A stretch of DNA of 64,000 bases from NCBI GenBank assembly GCA_014729775.1, contig WJJJ01000007.1, positions 94,302 to 158,301 on the forward strand, in the 5' to 3' direction. This DNA is from Candidatus Omnitrophota bacterium (GTDB lineage: Bacteria; Omnitrophota; Gorgyraeia; Duberdicusellales; 4484-171). Shown here in pieces: positions 29,553-37,244 of this stretch. Made by a program: the position numbers and the translations under genes. Positions within the stretch are counted from its first letter, which is position 1. Every line of letters starts with the position of its first letter. The notes under the pieces are model-generated. The model made no database searches, had not been told where the DNA came from, and saw nothing but the letters and a program-made list of their open reading frames with translations.

Positions 29553-30686
29553 ATGCCGCGGAAACACTTTTGGGTATTCTGTCTGCTTTTTTTTACTCTT
29601 TCGTTCGGGGTCGCCGCGACGGCTGCGCTGGTTCCGTCGATCGCGGAGTATTTCGGACGGCCGAAAGAGGAGGCGATCAGGCTTACCTGGTTGTATATGC
29701 TTCCTTACGGCATTTTCGCGTTGTTCTGGGCTCCCCTCACCCGGGTAGTGAGAATAAAGACGCTGCTGACCTGCGCAACCGCGGGGTTTTCCGTCGCGGC
29801 GTTCCTGTTCAGTTTTGCGCCGACGTTGCCTCACGCGTTTCTCTACCGGTTTCTCATGGGGAGTTTCGGGTGCAGTTTTGTGCCGTTGTCGCTGATCGCG
29901 GTCGGCAAAACGGTCGATTCCGGCAAAAAAGGGAAATACATCGGAACGTTTTTTTCTCTTTCCTGGGTGTCGACGCTGATCAGCGTGTTCCTCAGCGGGT
30001 TCATTCCCTGGAGAATGATTTATCTTGTGCCTGCGGTGCTGGCGCTGTGCGCCTGTCTGTTGGTCCGCCTGTGGCTGGAAGATCTGGATTTCCGCCAGAA
30101 AGGGGTCGGGGTCAGTTATCTGAGGACTTTGCGCGATCCGGCGGCGTTTTCTTTCTTTCTGGTGATCATGGCCGGAAGTTTCTTGTATCACGGGGTGCAG
30201 CAGCGCCTGGGGATGTTTTTTGCGGACGCGTTTTCATTACGCCAGGTGGTGATCAGCAGTATTTATACGCTGGCTACGCTGAGCGCGATCGTGTTTGAAT
30301 TTACCGGAGGGCACCTGTGCAGTCGGTTCGGGAATATCCCGGTCACCCGCGTCGGGTTTTTCGTCATGAGCGGATTTATTCTGCTTTTGTTGTGTTCGCG
30401 GCAAATGCCGGTGCTGATCTGGAGCATTCCTCTTTGGGGCGCGGGATGGGCGTTGACCCACGTGGGGATCTCGTCGCGGTTGACCGATTTTCCCGATCAG
30501 GTGATGCGTGACGCGTCGAGTTTGAACAGTTCCCTGCGGTTTACCTTCGGGGGGCTGGGCGCGTTCGCCGGCGGGCTGTTATTGAACATAGTGGGATTCG
30601 GTTTTCTTTTTCTGATAATGGGAACGGGGATTGTTCTGTTAGGCGCAGTGCTGCCCAAAATGTTAGGGAGGAGAGGTGCAACATGA
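29553..30686 (+). CDS. MFS transporter (likely exporter)
   Basis: 377 aa, about 10-12 hydrophobic helices, MFS-like loop motifs. Confidence 0.8.
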   Translation: MPRKHFWVFCLLFFTLSFGVAATAALVPSIAEYFGRPKEEAIRLTWLYMLPYGIFALFWAPLTRVVRIKTLLTCATAGFSVAAFLFSFAPTLPHAFLYRFLMGSFGCSFVPLSLIAVGKTVDSGKKGKYIGTFFSLSWVSTLISVFLSGFIPWRMIYLVPAVLALCACLLVRLWLEDLDFRQKGVGVSYLRTLRDPAAFSFFLVIMAGSFLYHGVQQRLGMFFADAFSLRQVVISSIYTLATLSAIVFEFTGGHLCSRFGNIPVTRVGFFVMSGFILLLLCSRQMPVLIWSIPLWGAGWALTHVGISSRLTDFPDQVMRDASSLNSSLRFTFGGLGAFAGGLLLNIVGFGFLFLIMGTGIVLLGAVLPKMLGRRGAT

Positions 30687-31450
30687 AATCATTGGAAGGA
30701 AAAACGGCGATCGTGACCGGCGCCAGCGGCGGAATCGGACAGCAAATCGTGCGCAGGCTCGCGGCGCAGAAGATGAAAATCGTACTGGCCGCGCGGCGGA
30801 TGGAAGTACTTGAGGAGCTCAAATCCGGTCTCCCCGTGCCGGAAGACGCGGTATGCGTCAAATGCGACGTGACCGATCAGCGGAATCTGGAGGAACTTGT
30901 CGCCGCCGCGGTACGTTCCTTCGGGAAGATCGATGCCCTGATAAACGGCGCCGGCGTATCCAGTCAGCATCCGTTCTGGGAACAGCCGCTCGAAGATATC
31001 GGAAAGATTATGTATACCAACTATTACAGTTATGTCATGCTTGCCCGTCTGGTGGTGAATCATATGAAAGACGCCGGCAGCGGACATATCGTAAACATTA
31101 CCAGCGGGTCGGTAATGGTGGACCCGCCGCCGCGTAATTTTATCGTGTATACCTCGCTGAAGGTCGCGCTGCGGGCGTTCGCCAAGGGGCTGTTCTGGGA
31201 AATGAGAGATTTCGGTATCAAGGTGACTTCTATTTTCCCCGGAGTGACCAAAACGCCTTTAACCGGAAAATTGAAAGAGGTCTCGAAAACACAGGAGAGA
31301 CTTATTGATCCGGCGGTCGTTGCCGATACCGTGGTGTTCGCGCTCCGGCAGCCGGCCAATGCCTGTCCTTTGGAGCTGGCGGTGATCAACCAGCAGACTC
31401 CCTGGACCAAGCCGGTCATTCCGTTTTCGCAGGACCATCCGGAAGAATAA
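30683..31450 (+). CDS. Short-chain dehydrogenase/reductase (SDR) family oxidoreductase
   Basis: TGASGGIGQ Rossmann motif, NAG, and YxxxK (YTSLK). 255 aa. ATGA overlap with the MFS gene. Confidence 0.85.
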   Translation: MKSLEGKTAIVTGASGGIGQQIVRRLAAQKMKIVLAARRMEVLEELKSGLPVPEDAVCVKCDVTDQRNLEELVAAAVRSFGKIDALINGAGVSSQHPFWEQPLEDIGKIMYTNYYSYVMLARLVVNHMKDAGSGHIVNITSGSVMVDPPPRNFIVYTSLKVALRAFAKGLFWEMRDFGIKVTSIFPGVTKTPLTGKLKEVSKTQERLIDPAVVADTVVFALRQPANACPLELAVINQQTPWTKPVIPFSQDHPEE

Positions 31451-31521
31451 AGAAGGAAGAGGCTGAGAGGGGAAGGAACAAAAGTGCAGAGATATCAAAG
31501 TATCGCGTTTGATTTTTTGCG

Positions 31522-31550
31522 TGCCGGCGGCCCGGCAGGAAGTTTTCGTT
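31522..31550 (+). terminator. Terminator-like hairpin (TGCCGG-cggc-CCGGCA) plus T-rich tract after the SDR gene
   Basis: 6-bp GC stem with 4-nt loop, followed within 5 nt by TTTTCGTTT. Suggests a transcription-unit break inside the cluster. Confidence 0.3.
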
Positions 31551-31587
31551 TGATGTGCTCACAGAAGAAAAAATAAAAAAGGAGGAG

Positions 31588-33051
31588 ATGATGAAGGTTT
31601 TATTCGTTTCACCGAAACTCGGTGCATGGGCTACTCACGGAGAACACCGGGCGCCGAACCAGCTCTACGCGCAATGGGCCGCGTATATCCGGCAGCAGGG
31701 CTATGAAGATCTGGAAGTGCTGGATTGTAAGGCCTGGGATATTCCCATGGACGCAATGGTGGAAGAGGTCAAAAAAAAGAAACCGGATGCGGTGGTGTTG
31801 GGCGACATGCTGCATTCCTACGGAGGATTCGCGATCTTGTGGTATTTCAACGAAACCGCTTCGCGGATCAAGCATGCGCTGCCGCAGACCAGGATTATTG
31901 TCGGAGGGCTTTGGTATTCATCGATGCCGACGGAAACACTAAAGCAGAATCCCGCGATTGATTACGTGGTGATGGGAGAAGAGGAAGCGTTCTGCGAATT
32001 GATCGACGCGCTGGCAAAGGAGAAGTCAACCGAAGCGATTCCCGGGGTGACTTCGAGGATTGACGGGAAAGTCGTGCTGGGGCCGCACCGTCCTCTGCGG
32101 ATGGATCTGGATTCTCTTCCTTTGCCGGCCTATGATTTGTTTCCGATGGACAAATACGTCGGCCATACGCACTGGAAGCCGTTCGTGGAAATGGTAACCT
32201 CACGGGGCTGTCCCTCGGCCTGTACGTTTTGCTACGAGTGGGACCAGTATGATCCCCGGCACCCGGAAGATTTCCTCAAATGGCGGGCCAAGTCCCCGGA
32301 ACGGGTGATCGAGGAGCTGGAGTTACTGCACACGAAGTTCGGCACTAAGGTGGTGGTCATCCAGGACGATAACTTTAACGTGAATCCCGACCGCGTGAAG
32401 CGGTTTTGCGAATTGAAGAAAGAGCGGAATATTCCGGTCAAATGGGTGTCACTGGGCCGTGCAGTGGATTGGATCAACTGCGAGAAAATTCTTCCGCTCA
32501 TGAAAGAAACCGGGATGTTTATCGGAGTGTTCGGGATCGAAGTGACGACTCCCGAAGAATTAAAGCAGATCGCCAAAGGGATCACGGTTGAGCAGATCCA
32601 GAAAACCGTGGAAATTCTTCGCGCCAATGATATCGCGATCGTTGCCGATATCATGATGGGGTTTGACGACGATACCGAACAGCGGATTAAACAACGTTAC
32701 GAATTTACCGACAAAGTCGATCCCGACATTCTTTGGATCGGATACGTCACGCCCGCGCCGAATTCGCCGATTTGGCGGCAGCGGGTGAAACGGGGGGAGA
32801 TCGATCCGTCCAAGATCGATTTCCTGAAGTGGGATTTTCTCCATCCGGTAATGGATACCCCGCATCTGACGGTGGATGATTACGGCCGGTTGGGCGCATG
32901 GTGCATGCGGGAATTTTATTCGAAACCCGGGCGCATCCAGCGGATCATGACCAGTGATTTTGACGAACTCGCGAAACTGTGTTTCCAGGACGTGATGCGC
33001 GGAGTTTCGAAATGGGAAGAAGGAGCAGTGAAGGGAGAGAAACACATCTGA
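31588..33051 (+). CDS. B12-binding domain radical SAM enzyme (class B rSAM)
   Basis: N-terminal B12-binding-like region. CxxxCxxC radical-SAM cluster motif in GCPSACTFCYEWDQ. GGAGG RBS. Start is the first or second ATG of MMKV. Confidence 0.85.
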   Translation: MMKVLFVSPKLGAWATHGEHRAPNQLYAQWAAYIRQQGYEDLEVLDCKAWDIPMDAMVEEVKKKKPDAVVLGDMLHSYGGFAILWYFNETASRIKHALPQTRIIVGGLWYSSMPTETLKQNPAIDYVVMGEEEAFCELIDALAKEKSTEAIPGVTSRIDGKVVLGPHRPLRMDLDSLPLPAYDLFPMDKYVGHTHWKPFVEMVTSRGCPSACTFCYEWDQYDPRHPEDFLKWRAKSPERVIEELELLHTKFGTKVVVIQDDNFNVNPDRVKRFCELKKERNIPVKWVSLGRAVDWINCEKILPLMKETGMFIGVFGIEVTTPEELKQIAKGITVEQIQKTVEILRANDIAIVADIMMGFDDDTEQRIKQRYEFTDKVDPDILWIGYVTPAPNSPIWRQRVKRGEIDPSKIDFLKWDFLHPVMDTPHLTVDDYGRLGAWCMREFYSKPGRIQRIMTSDFDELAKLCFQDVMRGVSKWEEGAVKGEKHI

Positions 33052-33062
33052 CGAATCGTGAA

Positions 33063-33101
33063 GATCCTTGATTCCTGATCCAGGATCCCGAATCAAGGAT
33101 C
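33063..33101. repeat. Near-perfect 39-nt palindrome (GATCCTTGATTCCTGATCC-A-GGATCCCGAATCAAGGATC) between the rSAM and amidohydrolase genes
   Basis: Read directly from the sequence. Outer 12-bp arms are perfect inverted repeats. A related 13-mer CTCGATCCTTGAT recurs at 41541-41553. Confidence 0.6.
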
Positions 33102-33116
33102 GAGCATCTATTTATT

Positions 33117-34034
33117 ATGATTTGCGACGCGCACATTCATTACATTCCGCAAGAGCTTTCCGAGCATACTTCGTTTTACCGCGGAGTATGGACGCGCAGG
33201 GATGCGTTGTACCGTTATCTGGAGGAGGAAGGGATCGAACGGGCCCTGCTGGTATATCCTTCCACCGACGCTCATCTCAAGATCGGGATTCGGGACACCG
33301 TGCGGATGTATAACTCCGCGGCCGAACGGGTGATGCGGGATAATCCCAAAGTGCTCGCGGCGGCCTTGGTAAATCCGCACGAACGGGATTCTCTGGAGGT
33401 GCAGATTGATTCCCTTGCGCGGCGGGGATTCCGGGCGGTCAGCCTGAGTTCAAGTTACGAGGGCAAGTTTCTGGTGCGGGAACTGTTTCCGCTTTTTGAC
33501 GCCGCCGCCCGGCATCAAATGGCGGTGTACATTCATCCTCAGACCATTAACCCGATCGGTTTTGAACGGGTCAAAGATCCGCTGCTGATGCCGGTTCTTG
33601 AATACAGCTTTGACCTTTCGATGTGCATGGGATTAATGATGATGGAAGGGGTGTTTTCCCGCTTTCCCCTGCCGTTTGTGTTTTCCTCGCTGGGCGGAGT
33701 GATTCCCCTGCTCGCCGGCCGTTTCGATCGGGTGTATGCGATGCTGCGCGCGCGGGGATACGTGAAGGATTTAGGCCGGCCGCCCACGGAAATCCTGGGC
33801 ACGGTGTATGTTGATATTTCCGGAGCGACGCCCGCGACGCTGGCGTTGGCCCGAGATCTTTACGGGGATGACCGTCTTCTCTGGGGTTCCGATTATCCGG
33901 TACACGCCGATGCGGACCGGCGCGGTGCGTTACTGGCGGATGTTCCCGCGGCCGCCAGGCGTAAAATTCAGCGGGAGAATTTTTTTGCGGTGTTCGGTAT
34001 GACGATTCCGCCGGGAAAAAAGGAGCGGGAATGA
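33117..34034 (+). CDS. Amidohydrolase family protein (amidohydrolase_2/TIM-barrel metal-dependent hydrolase)
   Basis: N-terminal MICDAHIHY metal-binding motif. 305 aa. No SD is visible upstream. Confidence 0.75.
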   Translation: MICDAHIHYIPQELSEHTSFYRGVWTRRDALYRYLEEEGIERALLVYPSTDAHLKIGIRDTVRMYNSAAERVMRDNPKVLAAALVNPHERDSLEVQIDSLARRGFRAVSLSSSYEGKFLVRELFPLFDAAARHQMAVYIHPQTINPIGFERVKDPLLMPVLEYSFDLSMCMGLMMMEGVFSRFPLPFVFSSLGGVIPLLAGRFDRVYAMLRARGYVKDLGRPPTEILGTVYVDISGATPATLALARDLYGDDRLLWGSDYPVHADADRRGALLADVPAAARRKIQRENFFAVFGMTIPPGKKERE

Positions 34035-34837
34035 TCGTATACGTGAACGGCTCTTTTCGCGATCAAAGTGCCTGCGGAGAAGTGTATGAACCCGGCTTTC
34101 TTTTCGGATGGGGATTGTTTGAAACCATGCGGGTCTACGGCGGCAAGCTTCCTTTTCTCCATCTGCATCTGGAGCGGTTGAAACGCGGCATGGGCCTGGT
34201 GCGTCTGGAACCGGTTTCATGTGAATGGGAACATACGCTGCAGGAAACACTGCGGCGCAACGAGATAGACGAAGGATACGTGCGTATTTCTGTGTATAAA
34301 CGGAAGGAAGGAACCGGGGTAAGCATATATGCGGCGCCGTTTCGATATTACGGTCCGCAGATGTATGAACGCGGGGTTGATCTTTTCTTTTCTCCCTGTA
34401 CGAGGCATCCCGGCGAGATTGCGTCGCGGGTCAAGTCGATGAGTTATCTGCAGAACCGTCTTGCCTGGCTCCAGGCCCAGGAACAGGGATGCGCTGAGGC
34501 GCTCATGGCCGGTCCCTGCAGAACACTGCTCGGCGGCGCCCGGAGTAATGTGTTTATCGTCCGTCACGGGGAAACAGTTACCCCGGCGGCCCGGGACGGG
34601 GCGTTTGAAGGGGTGACCAGGAAAGTCGTGCTGGATATGCTGAGCGATTTAAAGATACCGTTTCGGGAAGGGAAGGTATCTGCCGGCGATGTGTATGCCG
34701 CCGACGAGGTATTTCTTACCAGCGCGCTCATGGAGATCATGCCGGTCGCCCGCTGCGGACGGCTTGAGGTAGGAACGCGGGAGAAAACCGTGATCCCGGC
34801 ATTGCGCGCCCGGTATCGGGAGATTGTGTATGAGTAA
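34031..34837 (+). CDS. Class IV aminotransferase (branched-chain aminotransferase/ADC lyase family), PLP-dependent
   Basis: 268 aa with fold-type IV motifs (ETMRVYGGK, ...NVFIV..G...TP). ATGA overlap with the amidohydrolase. Confidence 0.75.
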   Translation: MIVYVNGSFRDQSACGEVYEPGFLFGWGLFETMRVYGGKLPFLHLHLERLKRGMGLVRLEPVSCEWEHTLQETLRRNEIDEGYVRISVYKRKEGTGVSIYAAPFRYYGPQMYERGVDLFFSPCTRHPGEIASRVKSMSYLQNRLAWLQAQEQGCAEALMAGPCRTLLGGARSNVFIVRHGETVTPAARDGAFEGVTRKVVLDMLSDLKIPFREGKVSAGDVYAADEVFLTSALMEIMPVARCGRLEVGTREKTVIPALRARYREIVYE

Positions 34838-35765
34838 TCCGTCCGGGAAGTTCCAAAGTCCGTTGCTGTTTCCGGTACGGCTCAACCGGGATTCTCTCAC
34901 GGTGCTGGACGAGACCGCCCTGCCGTTTGAGGAAAAATATCATGAGGTGAGGGACCTTGCCGCGGCCGAGAAACTCGTGCGCGAGATGAAAACCCGGTCG
35001 TTAGGACAGGTGCTGTTGTTCTTCGGCTGCGCGGTGTTGTGGGAAAACCGGGTTTCACCCGAGGAGATCGCCCGGCGCATGCACCGGGCGCGGCCTACGT
35101 TCGATTTCGAGTATCTGGCCCGGCTCCTGCGTGCATGGCAGCGGCGGGGAGTTCCCTACCGGACCGCAACGGAGCGGTTCCTCGCCGGATTCGACGCTGC
35201 CCGAAAAGCGCGGGCCGACGAGCTTGCTTCCCTGCTTCCTTCGCCGGCGAATGTGCTGACAATCTGCAACGTGAACGGAGAACTTCTCTATTTGGCGCAG
35301 GCACTGAGCACGCGCAGTGTTCCCGTGCATGTGTATGTGGCAGAAACCAGGCCTTATTTGCAGGGTAGTCGTCTTACCTTTTGGGAGCTTCAGCGTGCCG
35401 GCGTGCCCTCGACACTGTTGTGCCAGTCGCAGGCGGCGGAGATAATGCAGCAGGACACGGTGAATGCCGTCGTGACCGGAGCCGATCGCGCGACTGTCCG
35501 GGGCGATATTATGAACAAGATCGGCACGTACGCGCTGGCCCGCTGCGCGCGGTATTTTAATATTCCGGTGTATGCGTTAACGCAGTATCCCCGGGACGTT
35601 GATATCGACCGGATCCCTCTGGAAGAGCGTCCGCCGGAAGAGGCGTTTCTCTTTTTACCGGATTCCTATCCCCGGGTAGATGCCGTGTATCCGGCGTTCG
35701 ATGTGACCAAAAAGGAATATCTCACCCGGTCTGTCGAATTGAAGGTGTCCAGTGAAATTAGCTGA
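34830..35765 (+). CDS. eIF-2B alpha/beta/delta-family isomerase, MtnA-like (S-methyl-5-thioribose-1-P / 5-deoxyribose-1-P isomerase-like)
   Basis: Conserved C-terminal motif VVTGADRATVRGDIMNKIGTYALA is equivalent to MtnA GADRIAANGDTANKIGTY. 8-nt overlap with the upstream gene. Confidence 0.75.
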   Translation: MSNPSGKFQSPLLFPVRLNRDSLTVLDETALPFEEKYHEVRDLAAAEKLVREMKTRSLGQVLLFFGCAVLWENRVSPEEIARRMHRARPTFDFEYLARLLRAWQRRGVPYRTATERFLAGFDAARKARADELASLLPSPANVLTICNVNGELLYLAQALSTRSVPVHVYVAETRPYLQGSRLTFWELQRAGVPSTLLCQSQAAEIMQQDTVNAVVTGADRATVRGDIMNKIGTYALARCARYFNIPVYALTQYPRDVDIDRIPLEERPPEEAFLFLPDSYPRVDAVYPAFDVTKKEYLTRSVELKVSSEIS

Positions 35766-36222
35766 TATCGATCAGGGAATATTGGTGTGGGGTCCCGTAT
35801 CGGAGGAAGGTCTCGATCGTCTCCAGGCCGAAGGCCGGCTGGCGGTGGCGGCTGAATGCCGGCCTTTTCTGGTGGGACTCAGGTATAATGTTCCGCGGTT
35901 GCAGGCCCGGGGAATCCGGTTCGTGTATTGTCCGGATGAAGCGGTCGGGCTGCTTTGCGGACAGGGACGGCTTGGAAAAACATTTTTGTTTCTCCGGCGC
36001 TTCGATCGGGATACGTTGACGGGGTTAAGCGGCGTGGGGCTGGCGTATGTGCTCAGCCGGCTCCACGGAATTACGATCGAGGAATTTCTTCAGGGACCGC
36101 TTCCGGCGGAGAACTGGGATCCGGACGCGGCAACGCTCGCGAACAAGCCGGTACTTCCCTCCATCGTCCCCCCGGGCAAGGTGAGAAGCCGTGAGACGGA
36201 AATGGTAAGGAGAATCCGATGA
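35752..36222 (+). CDS. Hypothetical protein; possible degenerate paralog of the MtnA-like C-terminal segment
   Basis: GTG start. LQARGIRFVYCPDEAVGLLCGQGRLGKTFLFLRRFDRDTLTGLSGVG parallels LQRAGVPSTLLCQSQAAEIM...VVTGADRATVRGDIMNKIGT of the upstream gene. Could still be non-coding. Confidence 0.3.
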   Translation: MKLADIDQGILVWGPVSEEGLDRLQAEGRLAVAAECRPFLVGLRYNVPRLQARGIRFVYCPDEAVGLLCGQGRLGKTFLFLRRFDRDTLTGLSGVGLAYVLSRLHGITIEEFLQGPLPAENWDPDAATLANKPVLPSIVPPGKVRSRETEMVRRIR

Positions 36223-37211
36223 CCGAAGAAAAGAAAAAGACCGAGATCATCCGCTGGGCCGAACGGCTCAACCAACGAGGACTGGTAAGCGCGCGCAGCG
36301 GGAACCTGTCCTGTAAAGACGGACGGGGAAATCTTTTCGTGACCGCGCACGACAGTTATTTGGGGGATCTTTCTCCGCAGGAGATTGTGCGGATAGATCT
36401 TGCCGGGAAAAAAATCGAGGGAGGACCCGATCCGACCAGCGAGAGTTCCCTGCACTGCGGTATCCACCGGAGATTTCCGGAAATGGATGCGGTAGTGCAC
36501 GCCCATTCTCCGTGGACGACGGCGTTCTTTCATTATTACCGGACACTGGAGATTTTTTCGTTCGAAGCCCGTTTCTACCTGGGACAGCTTCCCGTGATCG
36601 CGCAGGAAACCCCTACCGTGACCGATCCCGAGCCGGTACTGAACGCGCTGGACACGGCGAATATCGTGGTGTTACAGCATCACGGAGTAGTCACCGCGGG
36701 GAAAGACTTCCGGGAAGCCGCAAGTCTCGTCGAGTTGCTCGAAGAGCAGGCACGGGTAAACCTGATGCTTCGTCGTCCTTTTGCCGATGCGGAGAAAGAG
36801 GATTCGCCGGACCGGGAGGAGGCCGTGCAGAAAAAAACGTACCCCATGCTTTCGGTTGCGCACCGTGAGCGGCTCGCGGAAATCGTGAATGGGGACGAAG
36901 AGGTGCAGCGGCTCGGCCGGAAGTACGGTCTTACCTGTACCCTGGCGGTTAGAAATCAGGAAAACGGGAAAACGATGAGGTTTCAATATCAACGGGGGCG
37001 GATTATCAGCGTCGATGAAGCGCGGGACGCCGAATTCGTCATCATAGGGAATGAACCGGTGTTGAAAAAAGTGTTTAACCGGCAGCTGGATCCATTTGTC
37101 GCGTTGACCCAGGGGAAGGTAAAAACAAAAGGTGATTTTTCCAAGATGAGCCGGTGGTATCCGGTGATGGTGCGGACCTTCCAGTTATGGGAGCAGGCAC
37201 CGGTTGAATAA
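36219..37211 (+). CDS. Class II aldolase/adducin-domain protein fused to a C-terminal SCP2 sterol-carrier-like domain
   Basis: N-terminal about 190 aa class II aldolase fold (metal-binding His motifs HAHSPW, LQHHGVV). C-terminal about 110 aa SCP2-like (...GKVKTKGDFSKMSRW...). AAGGAG RBS. Confidence 0.7.
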   Translation: MTEEKKKTEIIRWAERLNQRGLVSARSGNLSCKDGRGNLFVTAHDSYLGDLSPQEIVRIDLAGKKIEGGPDPTSESSLHCGIHRRFPEMDAVVHAHSPWTTAFFHYYRTLEIFSFEARFYLGQLPVIAQETPTVTDPEPVLNALDTANIVVLQHHGVVTAGKDFREAASLVELLEEQARVNLMLRRPFADAEKEDSPDREEAVQKKTYPMLSVAHRERLAEIVNGDEEVQRLGRKYGLTCTLAVRNQENGKTMRFQYQRGRIISVDEARDAEFVIIGNEPVLKKVFNRQLDPFVALTQGKVKTKGDFSKMSRWYPVMVRTFQLWEQAPVE

Positions 37212-37244
37212 AGAGCGGAGAAATCAGCCAAAGGAGTCGAGACC

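Noticed and set aside
29544-30191. 215-aa minus-strand ORF antisense to the MFS transporter gene
   Set aside because: The product is extremely Arg/Gln-rich and antisense to a clear multi-helix transporter.
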